DNA of 63,860 nucleotides, filler included, from Octopus bimaculoides (taxonomy: Eukaryota), in NCBI RefSeq assembly GCF_001194135.2. It is 7 parts of 6 records of this genome, joined end to end, with 100 filler letters (N's around TTAATTAATTAA, not from the genome) between each part and the next. Parts side by side here need not be neighbours in the genome. Positions count along the whole stretch, not along the records: positions 42,831 to 63,860 come from NC_068982.1; 6 more parts are not named here. One strand, 5' to 3'. The position numbers were made by a program, and so were the translations under genes. This document shows, piece by piece, positions 49,931 through 63,860 of the stretch (the first letter of the stretch is position 1; every line of letters starts with the position of its first letter). A model generated the notes under the pieces. The model saw nothing but the letters and a program-made list of their open reading frames with translations, did no database searches and was not told the origin of the DNA.

Positions 49931-50789
49931 TCAAATTAAATCTGTTTGTTTACAGTGCTTCCGTATCAGGTGTTAAAGAGAATGTAGAAGTCAAGGAGTC
50001 GTCTACTCCAGTACAGATCCATGAACAATAACATCAATCTGTTGCCTTGCAAAGATAGATAAGTGAACACTGACAAAGAAAGGAAGCCGTTAGGACAGTA
50101 AGTTAAACAATTAGAACCGAAAAAAATCACAAACTAAAGTGAAGAGAATGGATGGCTCCCATTAAGAACCACCCACCCTACCAGGCTACATAAAATACAC
50201 CGCCTTATGAAGTGCCAACGAGACACCTGCGAAGCCTCATGAATCTGCAGAACAACCTGATGTAAAACTGTTCTGAGTGAAAAGATCAGAATCGAATTTA
50301 GAGGACCCCTAAATAATAAAATGATGGTAAAATCCACACCAACAATCAATAAACAGTTAAAGGACAGTTATTAAACGAACTTTGGAATAATTTCGCAAAG
50401 ATGATCACGGCCAGATTTCGCTGTAGCATAATAGCATTAGTGGGTTGCCCTGATTTTACCGAGTAGATGGTTTCTATCCCTTTTGTGGGTGAGTTACTCT
50501 TATTATTTGTGTTTGTTTTATGTACTAAAATTCTAATTTGCTTTAATATATTTATCATGTTTCTGCCTCATACCCATGTATTTAATACATGTATGGCTAT
50601 ATTATAAAAGGTAGAGGGTAGAAACTTAAAATATTTCTATGTAAGTTAATAGTTTGCTACAAAATATAAACATGTACGCATATGTACGCACAAACACGCA
50701 CACACATACATATACATATATTATGATAGTCGCTCCCGTCAGTTTCGACGTATAAGTAAAGTATAAGTGAGTAGTAAACCTCTTTTTTT

Positions 50790-51360
50790 AGGGATTCTTT
50801 CATCAGTCAATCTCACCTATTTTTTCCAGCAACTTCTGCTGTGGCTACATGAAATTGATTGTGTAGTCCCTTCTTGCGTAATTCTTCTTCGTGTCCTTTT
50901 TGTACGTCTTCCTTTGTTTTCCCTTTTTTTCTGCTTTCAATACTCCCTCGTTCCTAACTGTCACTAGCAAGGTTTCCTTACTTCGGGCTAGGTATCTCAT
51001 TAAGCTCTCGAGTTCGATACGCACGCAGTCTTCCACATTTATCAGACCTCTTCCTCTATTTGCTCTCTTCATGTATAGGCGATTAGTGTCTGCGCGTGGA
51101 TGATGGGGTCCATTCATCGTTAGGAACTTTCTTGATTTCATGTCCATCTCTTTTAGCTCCTTCTCTGTCCACTTCAGGATTCCAGTACCATAACGAACTA
51201 CTGCGACTGCGCGCGAATTTATTGTCGAAATTATGTTTCTAGCATTCAGCTTTGAAGTCAATATTTTTCTCTCTCGCCGCAGGTAATCTCTTTTTATCTT
51301 CATGCCGTGGTGTTTGATTCCATCTGCCTCAAGTATTCCCAGGTATTTATGACTGGATTG
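50790..51360 (-). mobile_element. R4/Dong-clade LINE fragment (RT thumb region)
   Basis: YLGILEADG...KILTSKLNARNIISTINSRAVAVVRYGTGILKWT...HHPRADTNRLYMKRANRGRGLINVEDC. Confidence 0.88.
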
Positions 51361-52854
51361 AGGTTACTCAGAACATGCACTGCAAGTGCACCTGGCCGGG
51401 GTCAATTTCGGTAATAGGGTCACCTGTTCAATGACCTCAGCTCACTGGATATAGATTTCGCAGCCATTGAGAGACCTGAGTTTCCAATTATTAAGCGTTC
51501 GTATCCATTTTCAGTGGATACAAAATGTACTTATCTACTGCTTGACCGGCATTGGAAGGCAAAGCTGTCGTGATGTTTTGGAAGTTTTTGAATCTTACGA
51601 TGTGGACCAACTTCTTGGACACGGATTGGGGATCTTGGATGGGAACAGTAACGAAAGGGTGCCTTCATACTAGCAGCTGGTTATGCGCCGAAAGGGACGG
51701 GACAGCCAGAACTCTTCGGGCGTTTAGAGATTTTCATAGAAACGGCTCACTCTTTAATGCAGGTGGTGAATGGTATTGAATTACTCCTTCCCTCAAAATT
51801 GTTGGCCTTGTGCTGAAATAGAGAAACATTTTTTATTGTTTCTGCAGTTGGTCATGGTGTTTTATTATAGTTGTTGTTCTTTGCAAAATTTTTATCTGCA
51901 TAATCATCATCGTCATCATCATCATCATCACCATCATCTTGATACTGTTTACTCTTACTGAAATTTACTGCAATATCTCTCTTGATAGAGCAATCTGTGG
52001 AATGAATTACCAATATATCTTTAAATAGTGGTTACGCGAACATCAGAAACTGCAACAGCAACGACACATCACCGATCTTACCACCGTCATGACAGCTAAT
52101 ACAAGCACCACCACCACCACCATCATCGTTATTATCTCCAATTCCAGTATCTTAATAACCTCTATTAAAAACCTTACCTCCAAACCCACCACACTCAACC
52201 AATGTAGCTGCCATCATCACAGCGACTACGACCGGCAGAATAATATCACAACCATCAACAATATCATGTCCATCAGCATCACATGCCAACAAAATCGCAA
52301 CTACCACCACAACAGTAACAATCGCACCCTTCACTTAAAGCGCTGCCCATCACACAACCACTACCGGACATAAGTAGCGTTACTAGCAGCATCAATTAGC
52401 ATCAGCAACATCGAAATCTCCAACAACAACAACGAGAATGATTTTTTTTTTCTCTAATCACTATAAAAAGCACAGTTAGAACTATTGCAAAAGATCTCAA
52501 TGATTTTAGATATGTAAAAATAATGGTAAATATATAAGTAATGGACCTGCAATGATGGAAAGGAACAATATGTTTCTAAAATCGGAATGTTCTTACGGTA
52601 AAATTCTCAGTCTTCTTATATCTATTGTAAAAAGGAAAAAGATTAAACTAATATCTTGAGCATGCATATATGAGTTTTACATTATATATGCGTGCATATG
52701 TGTCTGTGTGCGTGTTTGTGTATATGCGTGTAAGTGTAATGTATGTATACACACGCACACACTCACACATATAAGCTTGTATGCATATATATGTAATATA
52801 TAGAGTATATATATATTTATATAGCTTATATATGTATATATATATATTTATACA

Positions 52855-52903
<49 letters not shown>

Positions 52904-53350
52904 TACATGGATGTATTTATATGATTATACACACACACGCATATATGTATATGCTGTATGGATATGTATATATACATGCATACATATACATACATATATA
53001 CATACAAATATAGTATAACCTGTGTGTTCAGTTAGATGTATGACTCCGACAGTTGAGGTTGGCGTTTCACTTAGTATGTCATCGTCCTTCTGTCCAGTAT
53101 AGTTGTTTGGTGACGTTTTCAAAGTAAGTTCGACTGTTGTGGATGTTTCAAACCTCTCCGTTGGTGCAAGTGGATGTTTAACCACAGAGGACACAATTTA
53201 TGGCACTGTGACATAATGGGATAAAGTGTTCTGATGATTCGTGATAGTTAAGCATCCAATTGCACCAACCCTGAGGTTCCAAATATCCACAAGAGTTAAC
53301 ACAAAGGAAGAAATGATATAAGCTTATGATAATTTCTTACACAACCATAT

Positions 53351-53395
<45 letters not shown>

Positions 53396-54071
53396 GGGGG
53401 GAGAGGAGAGAAATACGTAAATGTCGAATAATGAGAATGATTGCTCAACACCACGTTGGTGGATAAAATTTCTATATTTGTGTATTAAGGCTATCATTGG
53501 TTTCATGTGAAGAAGAATGTCTTAATATCATAACAATTTTTGAAGCCGATCATATGGAGGAATGGTATTCGTATCCTACCACGCAGAAAAAAAATATATA
53601 TCGGAGAAATTGTTTTGGAGTNNNNNNNNNNNNNNNNNNNNNNNNNNNNNNNNNNNNNNNNNNNNNNNNNNNNNNNNNNNNNNNNNNNNNNNNNNNNNNN
53701 NNNNNNNNNNNNNNNNNNNNNNNNNNNNNNNNNNNNNNNNNNNNNNNNNNNNNNNNNNNNNNNNNNNNNNNNNNNNNNNNNNNNNNNNNNNNNNNNNNNN
53801 NNNNNNNNNNNNNNNNNNNNNNNNNNNNNNNNNNNNNNNNNNNNNNNNNNNNNNNNNNNNNNNNNNNNNNNNNNNNNNNNNNNNNNNNNNNNNNNNNNNN
53901 NNNNNNNNNNNNNNNNNNNNNNNNNNNNNNNNNNNNNNNNNNNNNNNNNNNNNNNNNNNNNNNNNNNNNNNNNNNNNNNNNNNNNNNNNNNNNNNNNNNN
54001 NNNNNNNNNNNNNNGAGAGAGAGAGTGAGAGAGAGAGTGTGAGAGAGAGATAGAAAGAGAGAGAGATTAGG

Positions 54072-54105
<34 letters not shown>

Positions 54106-54207
54106 TAAAACGGAGTCACAGATAGGAGTTGAACGTGAAATTGATCTACGGTGACCATAACTTTTGGTAATGTGTCACGCCTTTCAGTTCACACTTTGAT
54201 TTGTGTG

Positions 54208-54253
<46 letters not shown>

Positions 54254-54589
54254 CGCACGCGTGTGTGTGATTCATTGAACATGACATGTTAGCAAATTTT
54301 AGAATCCCATGTGCTTGATTATATTTTAAAAGATTGAAATGCTGGGTTCAAATGCGTTAATATTCTATGTTTCTTCCAGTAGATCCATTTTCATACTTTG
54401 AACATAGAATATACATATAAAGCAAGTACAGAGATAAATTTGTACCTTTATTCAATATAACAGTATTCCTGATAGTATCCGCTGGCCATTATAAGGCTAA
54501 AATGGTGATTAAACTTGTTATGCACCCCTGAAGATATGACAATGTTTTCTGCGTACAGAGCCTTAAAAGATTGCCTCAGTTGCACACGG

Positions 54590-54880
54590 TTTAAAGTTTC
54601 GTGCTTTCTAACCACCTGGTTCTGGATTCAGTCCCACTGCGTGGAACCTTCGGCAGGTGTCTTTTATTATAGCCTTGTGAGTGGATTCGATAGACGGAAA
54701 TAAGAAAGAAGCCCGTCGTATATATGTATGTATATAAATATGTTTGTGTGTGCGTATGTTTGGTTCAGTCCCACTCCATGTCACCTTGCGCAAGTGTCTT
54801 GTACTATAGCCCCGCGTACCTCAAAGCTTTGTGAGTGGATTTGGTAAACGGAAATTGAAAGAAGCCTGTCGTATATATAT
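54590..54880 (+). mobile_element. Two tandem SINE family A 5' halves
   Basis: ttcagtcccact...agacggaaa...gaaagaagccc occurs at about 54625 and again at about 54765. Confidence 0.8.
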
Positions 54881-56394
54881 NNNNNNNNNNNNNNNNNNNN
54901 NNNNNNNNNNNNNNNNNNNNNNNNNNNNNNNNNNNNNNNNNNNNNNNNNNNNNNNNNNNNNNNNNNNNNNNNNNNNNNNNNNNNNNNNNNNNNNNNNNNN
55001 NNNNNNNNNNNNNNNNNNNNNNNNNNNNNNNNNNNNNNNNNNNNNNNNNNNNNNNNNNNNNNNNNNNNNNNNNNNNNNNNNNNNNNNNNNNNNNNNNNNN
55101 NNNNNNNNNNNNNNNNNNNNNNNNNNNNNNNNNNNNNNNNNNNNNNNNNNNNNNNNNNNNNNNNNNNNNNNNNNNNNNNNNNNNNNNNNNNNNNNNNNNN
55201 NNNNNNNNNNNNNNNNNNNNNNNNNNNNNNNNNNNNNNNNNNNNNNNNNNNNNNNNNNNNNNNNNNNNNNNNNNNNNNNNNNNNNNNNNNNNNNNNNNNN
55301 NNNNNNNNNNNNNNNNNNNNNNNNNNNNNNNNNNNNNNNNNNNNNNNNNNNNNNNNNNNNNNNNNNNNNNNNNNNNNNNNNNNNNNNNNNNNNNNNNNNN
55401 NNNNNNNNNNNNNNNNNNNNNNNNNNNNNNNNNNNNNNNNNNNNNNNNNNNNNNNNNNNNNNNNNNNNNNNNNNNNNNNNNNNNNNNNNNNNNNNNNNNN
55501 NNNNNNNNNNNNNNNNNNNNNNNNNNNNNNNNNNNNNNNNNNNNNNNNNNNNNNNNNNNNNNNNNNNNNNNNNNNNNNNNNNNNNNNNNNNNNNNNNNNN
55601 NNNNNNNNNNNNNNNNNNNNNNNNNNNNNNNNNNNNNNNNNNNNNNNNNNNNNNNNNNNNNNNNNNNNNNNNNNNNNNNNNNNNNNNNNNNNNNNNNNNN
55701 NNNNNNNNNNNNNNNNATATATATATAGATGTGTATGCACTTATATACATGTAATAGCATGTGCATGTATATATATTTTCTCGCTCTTTATTTTCACTCT
55801 CTGTTTCTTTCTGTGGAAGAGCGTAGGCTCGAAACGTTAAAGACTTTTTCACTTCCCGAGCGTTAAACTAAATACGTTTGTTTGTTGTCTGCACCACCTG
55901 TCTTCGTCTTTTGTTTGTTTCTTTTATGTGAATTCTCCCTACATATATATAGTCACATATACATAGACACTCACATTTACATAAGTGTATGACTGTTAGT
56001 GTGTCTATGTGGATAATCGAAAGACTTTTGTAAAATTAAAAACTAGAGAAGCTTATCAGACGATAGACTGAGAGAACGGAGTCGTTAGATCATCATAAAA
56101 ATTATGTTTTGCAGTTGTTCCCACCCTCTTATGTTTCGAGTTCAAAAACTGCCGAGGTCAACTTTAACTTCCAAAATTAAATACCCATCAAATACTGGGT
56201 GTTGACCCAAACGACAACTCGCACCCCACCTCCCCTCACAATTCTTAGCTTTGTGGTCTAATCAGAAGCTATTCTGATTATTATTGCTACTGTTGTACTT
56301 GAGATATTACCGTAATGCGCTGTATCATATTTCTGGTGAGCTTCAGTAAGGTTGAACAACTTTTACTTTGAGCTCTAATTAAAAACAGCACGGG

Positions 56395-56446
<52 letters not shown>

Positions 56447-56591
56447 TTATGCATATGTGTATTTGAATGAAAGACTGAATTTTTTGTATGTCCTTTCTAT
56501 TGAACTCCTTGAAGTTTCGTCAATTTTTTTCTTTTTTCTTTTTATTTTCAGTTTTGTTTCATTTCCCTACTTATGTGCATGATTGACGTTG

Positions 56592-56634
<43 letters not shown>

Positions 56635-57176
56635 CACATACATGCTTACATGCATACATGCATACATACATGCATACATACATACATACATACATATACA
56701 CACTTTTTCTCATAAACTTTATTTTTTAACTAAATACTCTTCTGTTGTTCACCTTGTTGTTGGTTTCCTCCCGTTGTTGTCCTCACTTTTGTTATTGTTG
56801 CTGTAATTGTTTTTTCTGGTTCCTCCTTTTTATATAAGAAATCTTGTGCATTGTTTTTTTTCTTTTGTGTATTTCGTGTGTTGCTTTTTTTTTTATTTCT
56901 CTGTCTATTTTATTTCCTCTACTCCAAAGAAAGAAATCATCTTCCTTTGATGTTTGGAAAGATATCGGTAGAAGGTCATACATACACACATCTCGACGCA
57001 CATATATACTTATATATATATTCACTCTATGACGATAACGCACTTCTGCGACTAGAACCTGTGTATTGTATTTTTGTTTCATTTTTTAAATATTTTTTTA
57101 CACTCTATTTATTTATCTATTTATTATTACTATTATTATTTTCTTTCTCACTTCAAAGACTTCGAGATTTTTGCCG

Positions 57177-57600
57177 CTTCCGGCTTCTGCTTAATTTGCT
57201 TCGGTAAATGTGATGGTTCCTGACACTCTCTTTTGCATTACAATATAATAAAACTAAAGGAGTAATCATACAAAGAGACAGAGAAAGAGAATAGCAATGG
57301 TTATAGTCGTTAAGTTTGCTACTATTGTTGTTGTGTGTTGTATGCATGTACCTTGGAGGAGATACAGGTTAGTGGTAGTGATAGTGAACTATGTAATATC
57401 AGCAATGGTAGTGGTGGTAATGGTGGTAATGATGGCGGGGAGGACGAGGAGTAATAAATACCAAATAATAAATAATAAATAAAATAAAATATGCTAGAAG
57501 TGCCGACTATTTTCTAACACCACCTTCAGTTATCCAGTTAGTCAACCTCCCAACCAGCCAGCCAGCTAGTAAAGCCCTGTCACTGATCGCATCCCGGAAG
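57177..57600. promoter_or_regulatory. Possible bidirectional promoter
   Basis: Outward-facing ETS-type CCGGAAG at 57177-57183 (-) and 57594-57600 (+). Each is followed by UTR-like low-complexity sequence ending at a donor (minus |gtgaac after 56753; plus |gtaagt after 57906). Confidence 0.25.
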
Positions 57601-60600
57601 CAATTTTTGTTTGTGTTCTTTTCTTTGTTTTACTTTTGTGTTCTTTACTTTGTTTCTTTCCCCCTTCCTTTTTTTTCAGTTAAAAGTGGTTCTCTTTTTT
57701 GTGAAAGCTTCTCTTTATGAGGATATATTGACTTTCTTATTAATTCTTTTTGTTACCAAGCAGTAATATTTCCCCATACAGCAAACACTAGCTAATAGTA
57801 TCAGCAGCATAAGAAGCGAAACTAACAGCAGTAGCAGCAGCAGCAGCAGTAGCAGCAGCAACAGCAACTACTCAAAAACGACAGTAAAATAGACGAATAC
57901 CTAAAAGTAAGTTCGATAAATTAATTTTTTTGAAAAAATCCATTACAGCAATAGTGATTTCTAGTCATTTCTTTTACTAACGATTTTTAATACCATTTTA
58001 CTATAATAATTACTTTCTTTTTACCATTCATACAAAATTACGTGTTTTACCGAAAATGAGCAATGGGTGTGGAAAGTAATTGATTTGACTTAATCGACCT
58101 CATTACTTAGCAATTACTTTATTCTAGCAACACCAAAACGATGAGCGGTAAGAATTGCTTTGGTGTGATCTGAACTCATAAAGTAAATGAATGTAAAAAG
58201 GAATTTTATCCAACAACCGCTGTTGCGTTTTTAATTAAAATATTTCTCCTATCTTTTCGCAATAATGATTTCAATTTTTTTCACAAGGCCAGCAACTTTA
58301 GGAAGAAAGGGTTAGTTGATTACATCGACCCCAGTGTCCAAGTAGTACTTCTTCTATCGCACTCGAAAGGGTGAATGCCAAAGTTGACCACGGTCAAATT
58401 TTAACTCGGAACGTAAACAGTCGGAAGAATTGCCATTAAGTATTTTGTCCGACTTGTTAATGGTTCTGCCAGCTCATTTTCTGCCTTTTTAATAAATTAA
58501 TAAAGAGGATTCCTCTAACTGACGCAAAATTTCGAACAAAATAGAAAGGAATAATGGGTTTAGTCACACCCAATACTCGAACAAACTTGTATTTATTTTA
58601 TCAATCCTAACTATAAAGTTGCCTATAGTAAAATTTATAAATTTTACTTTTAATTATTTCACTTTTTAAGTGAAATACTTTAAATACTTTTGTCCAAATT
58701 TATTGTTTCTTACTAATGATTCTTAATATAATTTTGTAATAAATTGATTTCTTGGGCTGGTACATGACATTACATCTGAACGAATGAATTAACAGAACAG
58801 ATTAAATCAACCTTGATGTTTGATTTTTTTCGTTTTATTCGATCCCAGAAGAATAAAACACGAAGTAAATATTGGAAGTATTTGAAATTAGAACGTAAAA
58901 GCTTTTTGTTAAACACAGCAAGTCTCGCTGTCTCTTTTCTGCTAATACCCTAATTATGTCTGATATTTATTATAATTTCAACACAGGATCATACATTCTG
59001 GGGATGGGAAACAGTCCAAAGAAAAGAGACATAGCACATCCAGGGCTAGACTGGTACTTATTTTGACCAATATCTAAACGACGAAAGATCTGACAAAAAA
59101 CTTTATTATTGTTTTTGTTTATAATTTTGTAATACCATTTTAACATTTATAATGATAAATTCTAACTTTGATTCAATATTACAAATTTCAAGTAAGAAAG
59201 AAGGGATGTTAGATTAAATCGACCTCATGACAAGAATTGCATGTTTTTCTAACCACAGAACAACGAAAGGAAAAGTTCTGGCGAAAATTGAACTCGTAAA
59301 GAGATATGTGAGTTAAAGTTGATCATGGGAATATTTGAAGTCATAAAGATGAGTAAGTGCGATTTTACCAACTCAAAAAAGAACGCAATGCAAAGTCGGT
59401 CCCTGCTTGATTTGAACTCAGAAAGTAAATTTATTTGAGCACTACATACTGCAGAGCATTTTTTCAGTCCGACTCTCTGCCATTTCTCATATTCTCACAA
59501 CCTTGACTTCTAAAACATTCGTTCACAGCGACACAAATTCGTATATAAGGGTTACATATTCGATTACTTATATTGAATTATATTATATTACTTGAACTAA
59601 TTTTTCGACAGTAGCGTAGAAATGAAAGATTAAATTGAACTCGGGGGAACTGAAACTAGGTAAAAATAACAGAAGAACTAAATTTGTTCAGATATTGTGT
59701 GCTGTATCGGTGATACATAGTCATTCTTAATTTCCTTCTCGTTGCTGCGATTTCTAGTTCAACTAAGTAATATTTTGTCTGCAGCTTAAAGTGGGGTGAA
59801 TTAGTTTAGAATGACTTATTCCCGACGTACCACAATTAAAGACAAAGTTTTCTTAATGATCTTGTACTCCATATAAATATTATAAACTCTTTCACTTGTG
59901 CTGAGAAGCATTCGAGAACTTCTTTTAGTAATCGCTCTACATCAATGCAAACAAAGACTTATCTCAACAATCGTCTTTAACAAGTATGCAGCATCAATTT
60001 CGTAGCTAAAATTTTATGAGGCGACATTCTTTTATAATAGGACAATATCCTTTCACACACACACACACACACACATCAGGACAGTAATTTTCTACAATGA
60101 GACAGAAATCTTCTATAACTGAACAGTATTTCCTCATAATCGAACGCCGTCCCTTACAAAAGGACTATATTTTCCTGTAACAGAAGGGCATTGCTTCGTA
60201 TGTACGAATCTCCCATAAAAAGTTTGCATCACGCACAGCAGAACACCATTTCACCACAATTAGATAATATTTCCCCAAAATGAGGGCTGCATTACCTCGC
60301 ATCAGATCAATATTCTCTAACATTATGACAGTATTCTTCTCATGCACAACTGGAGAATTACTCCCCCACATACACACACAGTACATGAGCACTTCTTCTC
60401 CATGTTGCTCAATGCATATACACAAGGATGGGATAGTCTCGGATGGATCAATTTCGATCATCGATCATCGATCATCTTGATCGCATCTGTCCATAGGCTC
60501 AACAAGAGAACAATATCTAATACAAATATACAAATATACAAATATCAATGAAGGCAAGATATGTTAATAACAATAATAATGTTTTGTAGCATTGTTTTGC

Positions 60601-61179
60601 AGATGGGCATATGATTTACCCAAATATCTCACAACCACCGCAGGAAGTTAACTTTACTTCGCAACTTTTCGGGATCGATAAATTAAGTTTCAGTTCAACA
60701 CTGTTCTTGATGTAATCGACTTTCTATCACCCCTCCCCACCACGAAATTGTTGTCCTTCTGCCAGCATTTGAAACTAAAATGAACGTAGACTCTTTAGCG
60801 TTGCACAGTATTTTAGTAGTTAACTGCTACGTAATACCAGGAATAACATTAGATTTAACACAACTACAGCAACCATGGTAAACTATAATAGCATCAAGAC
60901 GGATAGTGGAGATGTCAGAAGAGCATACCACATCTTTCATCTAGACATTAAGTGTTTCGCACTGGATAAATCCAACTGTAAAAACATCGGCTCTCATAAA
61001 TATGCAAATGTTACAATTTGTATAAACATCAACTATTGTTTCTTTTCTGTAAGAGAAGACCGAGAGTGATAGAAAGAGTGAAAGTGAGAGAAAGAGTGAG
61101 AGTGAGTGTGAGAGGAAGGGTGAGTGAGAGAGAGTGAGGGTATTGCCCATTCCATTCAGTATGGTTTTTTAATTTAGCC

Positions 61180-61308
61180 ATTGCATTACACTGTCTCTTT
61201 GTATTTTGTCCCTCGGTTTCTTATAGGAACAGAATGCAATTGTTGCTGTTGTGGTTGATGATGATGATGATGCTCGTGATGTTGTTTATTTGGTTCTGAT
61301 GATGATGA

Positions 61309-61373
<65 letters not shown>

Positions 61374-61830
61374 ATGATGGCGACGACGACGACGTCGGCG
61401 GCAATGGTCATGATAAAGATGATGCTGATCACCACGACGACGACGAGGAGGAGAAGGAGGAAAAGGAGAAGAAGGAAGAGGAGGAGGAGGGGGAAGCAGC
61501 AGGATAATGTTGTGCAACACCAAATTGGTCCTTGGTCAAGCAGATCTATGATACAAGAAATCCCAGCTTTCCTTATTCAGTAATTTTCTTTTTCCTCTGG
61601 AACAATGTGTCCTTTCTTTTCAAACGGTAGGGAGTGATTTAACTGGTGTTTCTAGTAGATCGAAGATCCACGAAGAAAGAGAATCTCTTGTTAACTTGAT
61701 AAAAATGATGATAAGAAGGAAATGGAAAAGGAGAAAGGCTGAGATGATGAAGATGAGGAAGATGAGGAAGATGAGGAAGATGAGGAAGATGAAAGTAAGA
61801 AGAGGATGATAAATTGTTGTTGTTACAGCT
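61180..61830. repeat. Compound trinucleotide low-complexity tract (GAT/GCT/GAC/GAG, GATGAGGAA)
   Basis: Directly visible. No frame stays open across it. Confidence 0.9.
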
Positions 61831-62589
61831 GTTTCTGAATCCTTGCATCTGATTTCTCAACATTACCAAAGATGAGGGCCTGCTACCCGATTGTTAATTG
61901 TTGCAGCTACAACAACTACTGATGATATTATTGTTGTTGTCGTCGTTGTTGTTGCTGTTGTTGTTGCAGAAATTAGAATAAATTATAAAATAGCAAATAA
62001 CATTACGTTAAAAAAACAAAACAAAACACAAATTCAGCAGATAAACATGTCAAATAGCAAACAGGCTATAAAATTATATAATTTAAAATCCATGAATGGT
62101 AATAGTACTGCGTTGTAATGGGTAGGGCAGTCACAGGATACATAGTCAACAAACGAGATGTAGTTCCAGTTGAATCAGTAGGCTGCTTTCTTCATTTCAG
62201 ATCTTAAATTAAAGCTAGTATTGTTTAATGATGTAAGTACGCATCACTTCTTACAGTTTCCTCATAACGTTTTTCACAGAGATGCATATATTTTACTAAA
62301 TGTAATTTACTATTTCAGTCTCCTTGTTTGCAGAATTAATTGCATATTTGTGTGTGTATGTGTGTGTGTGTGTGTGTGTATGTATTTGCTTGTATATATC
62401 GATATGTATGCATATATTTACGTAAGTGTGTGTGTGTGTGTGCGTGTGTGTGTGTGTGTGTTATAAAGTTCGTGTTGATAATGGCTTCAAGTTTCGCATA
62501 ACAGCTTCTTCAGCCAACAGGAGCTTTACAATAAATGTTACTCTACTCATCCTCTCAGTTTTGGTTGAGAATATATGTATATATGTGTA

Positions 62590-62817
62590 TATACTCTTTT
62601 TACTCTTTTACTTGTTTCAGTCATTTGACTGTGGCCATGCTGGAGCACCGCCTTTTAGTCGAGCAAATCGTCCACAGGATTTATTCTTTGTAAGCCTAGT
62701 ACTTATTTTATCGGTCTTTTTTGCCGAACCGCTAAGTTACGGGGACGTAAACACACCAGCATCGATTGTCAAGCGATGTTGGGGGAACAAACACAGATAC
62801 ACAAACATATACACACA
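62590..62817 (-). mobile_element. SINE family A, 3' half
   Basis: tactctttttactcttttacttgtttcagtcatttgactgtggccatgctggagcaccgcc... Confidence 0.9.
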
Positions 62818-63100
62818 NNNNNNNNNNNNNNNNNNNNNNNNNNNNNNNNNNNNNNNNNNNNNNNNNNNNNNNNNNNNNNNNNNNNNNNNNNNNNNNNNNN
62901 NNNNNNNNNNNNNNNNNNNNNNNNNNNNNNNNNNNNNNNNNNNNNNNNNNNNNNNNNNNNNNNNNNNNNNNNNNNNNNNNNNNNNNNNNNNNNNNNNNNN
63001 NNNNNNNNNNNNNNNNNNNNNNNNNNNNNNNNNNNNNNNNNNNNNNNNNNNNNNNNNNNNNNNNNNNNNNNNNNNNNNNNNNNNNNNNNNNNNNNNNNNN

Positions 63101-63139
<39 letters not shown>

Positions 63140-63143
<4 letters not shown>

Positions 63144-63420
63144 CATAAGTGGGCACAAGGCGTCACGAAACGTGTACAACAAAGACAAAATGCGAAGTAC
63201 GAGTACATGGAACATTAACTATTCTTTCGAACAACGAAAGACACAAATGGAAAACAAAACAAACAACATAAAGAACGACCCTTCATCAGTTGTTGGCTGT
63301 TTTTCTAGTCTCAATTTTCGAGCATTTAACAACAATATATGCTTTCGATAAAACAGTTGCTCCCGCAAAGTAAATTAAATAAAATTTGGTATTTTGTGGA
63401 GAATCAAAATTGGTAACACA
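63140..63420 (+). repeat. Single diverged relative of the 3555-4052 palindrome arm
   Basis: Shares gacccttcatcagttgttggctgt...gagcatt...acagttgctcc. Confidence 0.65.
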
Positions 63421-63860
63421 AACAAGAAGAACTGCTAAGCTTAAACGAGGTTATGGTGGCGAACGCGTTAATCAAGCTAGGACAGGAGATAAACAAAAAT
63501 ACGTCTTCCTTGTTCCAGCTACAAAGGAGACAAAGAAAGAAAATGGCCGGTAGTCACGTGGGAGTCCCGTGAGCAAGGGAGGAGGAGAGCGTGAGATGGA
63601 GAGAGAGTGAGATGGAGAGAGAGTGAGATGGAGAGAGAGTGACAGAGTAATAGGACAGAATAGTGAGAGAAGAGGAGGTAAAAAAATAAGAGAGAGAAAA
63701 GAAACAAATCGAAAGAGCAAAAAGATCGTGTAGAGTGCGCATCAGAATTATTAAGATAAAACTTACTTGGAAGAGGATGCGTGGCGTTCAATCATATAAT
63801 GATATATATAATATACATATATATTTATGCATATATATATATACGCATATTGCATACATT

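Noticed and set aside
50735-50815. CTGATGA...CGAAAC on the minus strand
   Set aside because: Falls at the end of R4/Dong coding sequence (LMKESLKK), with no stem II and no NUH plus stem I.
60165-60461. 98-aa minus ORF as a mariner fragment or exon
   Set aside because: No convincing DD34D motifs or splice sites.
61186-61869. Poly-Q/H/A/S ORFs suggesting a transcription factor
   Set aside because: Products of trinucleotide repeats. No continuous frame and no recognisable domain.

Overview
AT-rich, microsatellite-dense animal genomic DNA with many N gaps. The SINE/LINE repertoire is the kind I associate with octopus genomes; that species assignment is inference. Only two host-gene exons are recognisable: the first coding exon of an outer-arm (beta-type, DNAH9/17/11-like) axonemal dynein heavy chain (9574-9780, +) and one internal VPS54 exon (37005-37101, -) that the ORF track misses. 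Six 44N-TTAATTAATTAA-44N linkers mark unsized joins, so these exons may not be truly contiguous. The rest is transposable-element derived: RTE LINEs (two long inverted copies with a PHD finger inside the RT ORF), several R4/Dong RLE LINE fragments, Tx1 and CR1/L2 relics, tRNA-derived SINEs, Helitron-like elements, Tc1/pogo/hAT relics and MITEs, two of which carry telomere-type repeats. The most interesting signal is a set of minimal hammerhead ribozyme motifs (12971-13028, 23512-23557, 24557-24602, 43771-43818). Two of them lie in a head-to-head dimer of a tRNA-head/(AAT)n/hammerhead element, a candidate Pol III-driven, Penelope-type ribozyme retroelement. No CRISPR, rRNA or intact tRNA gene was found.
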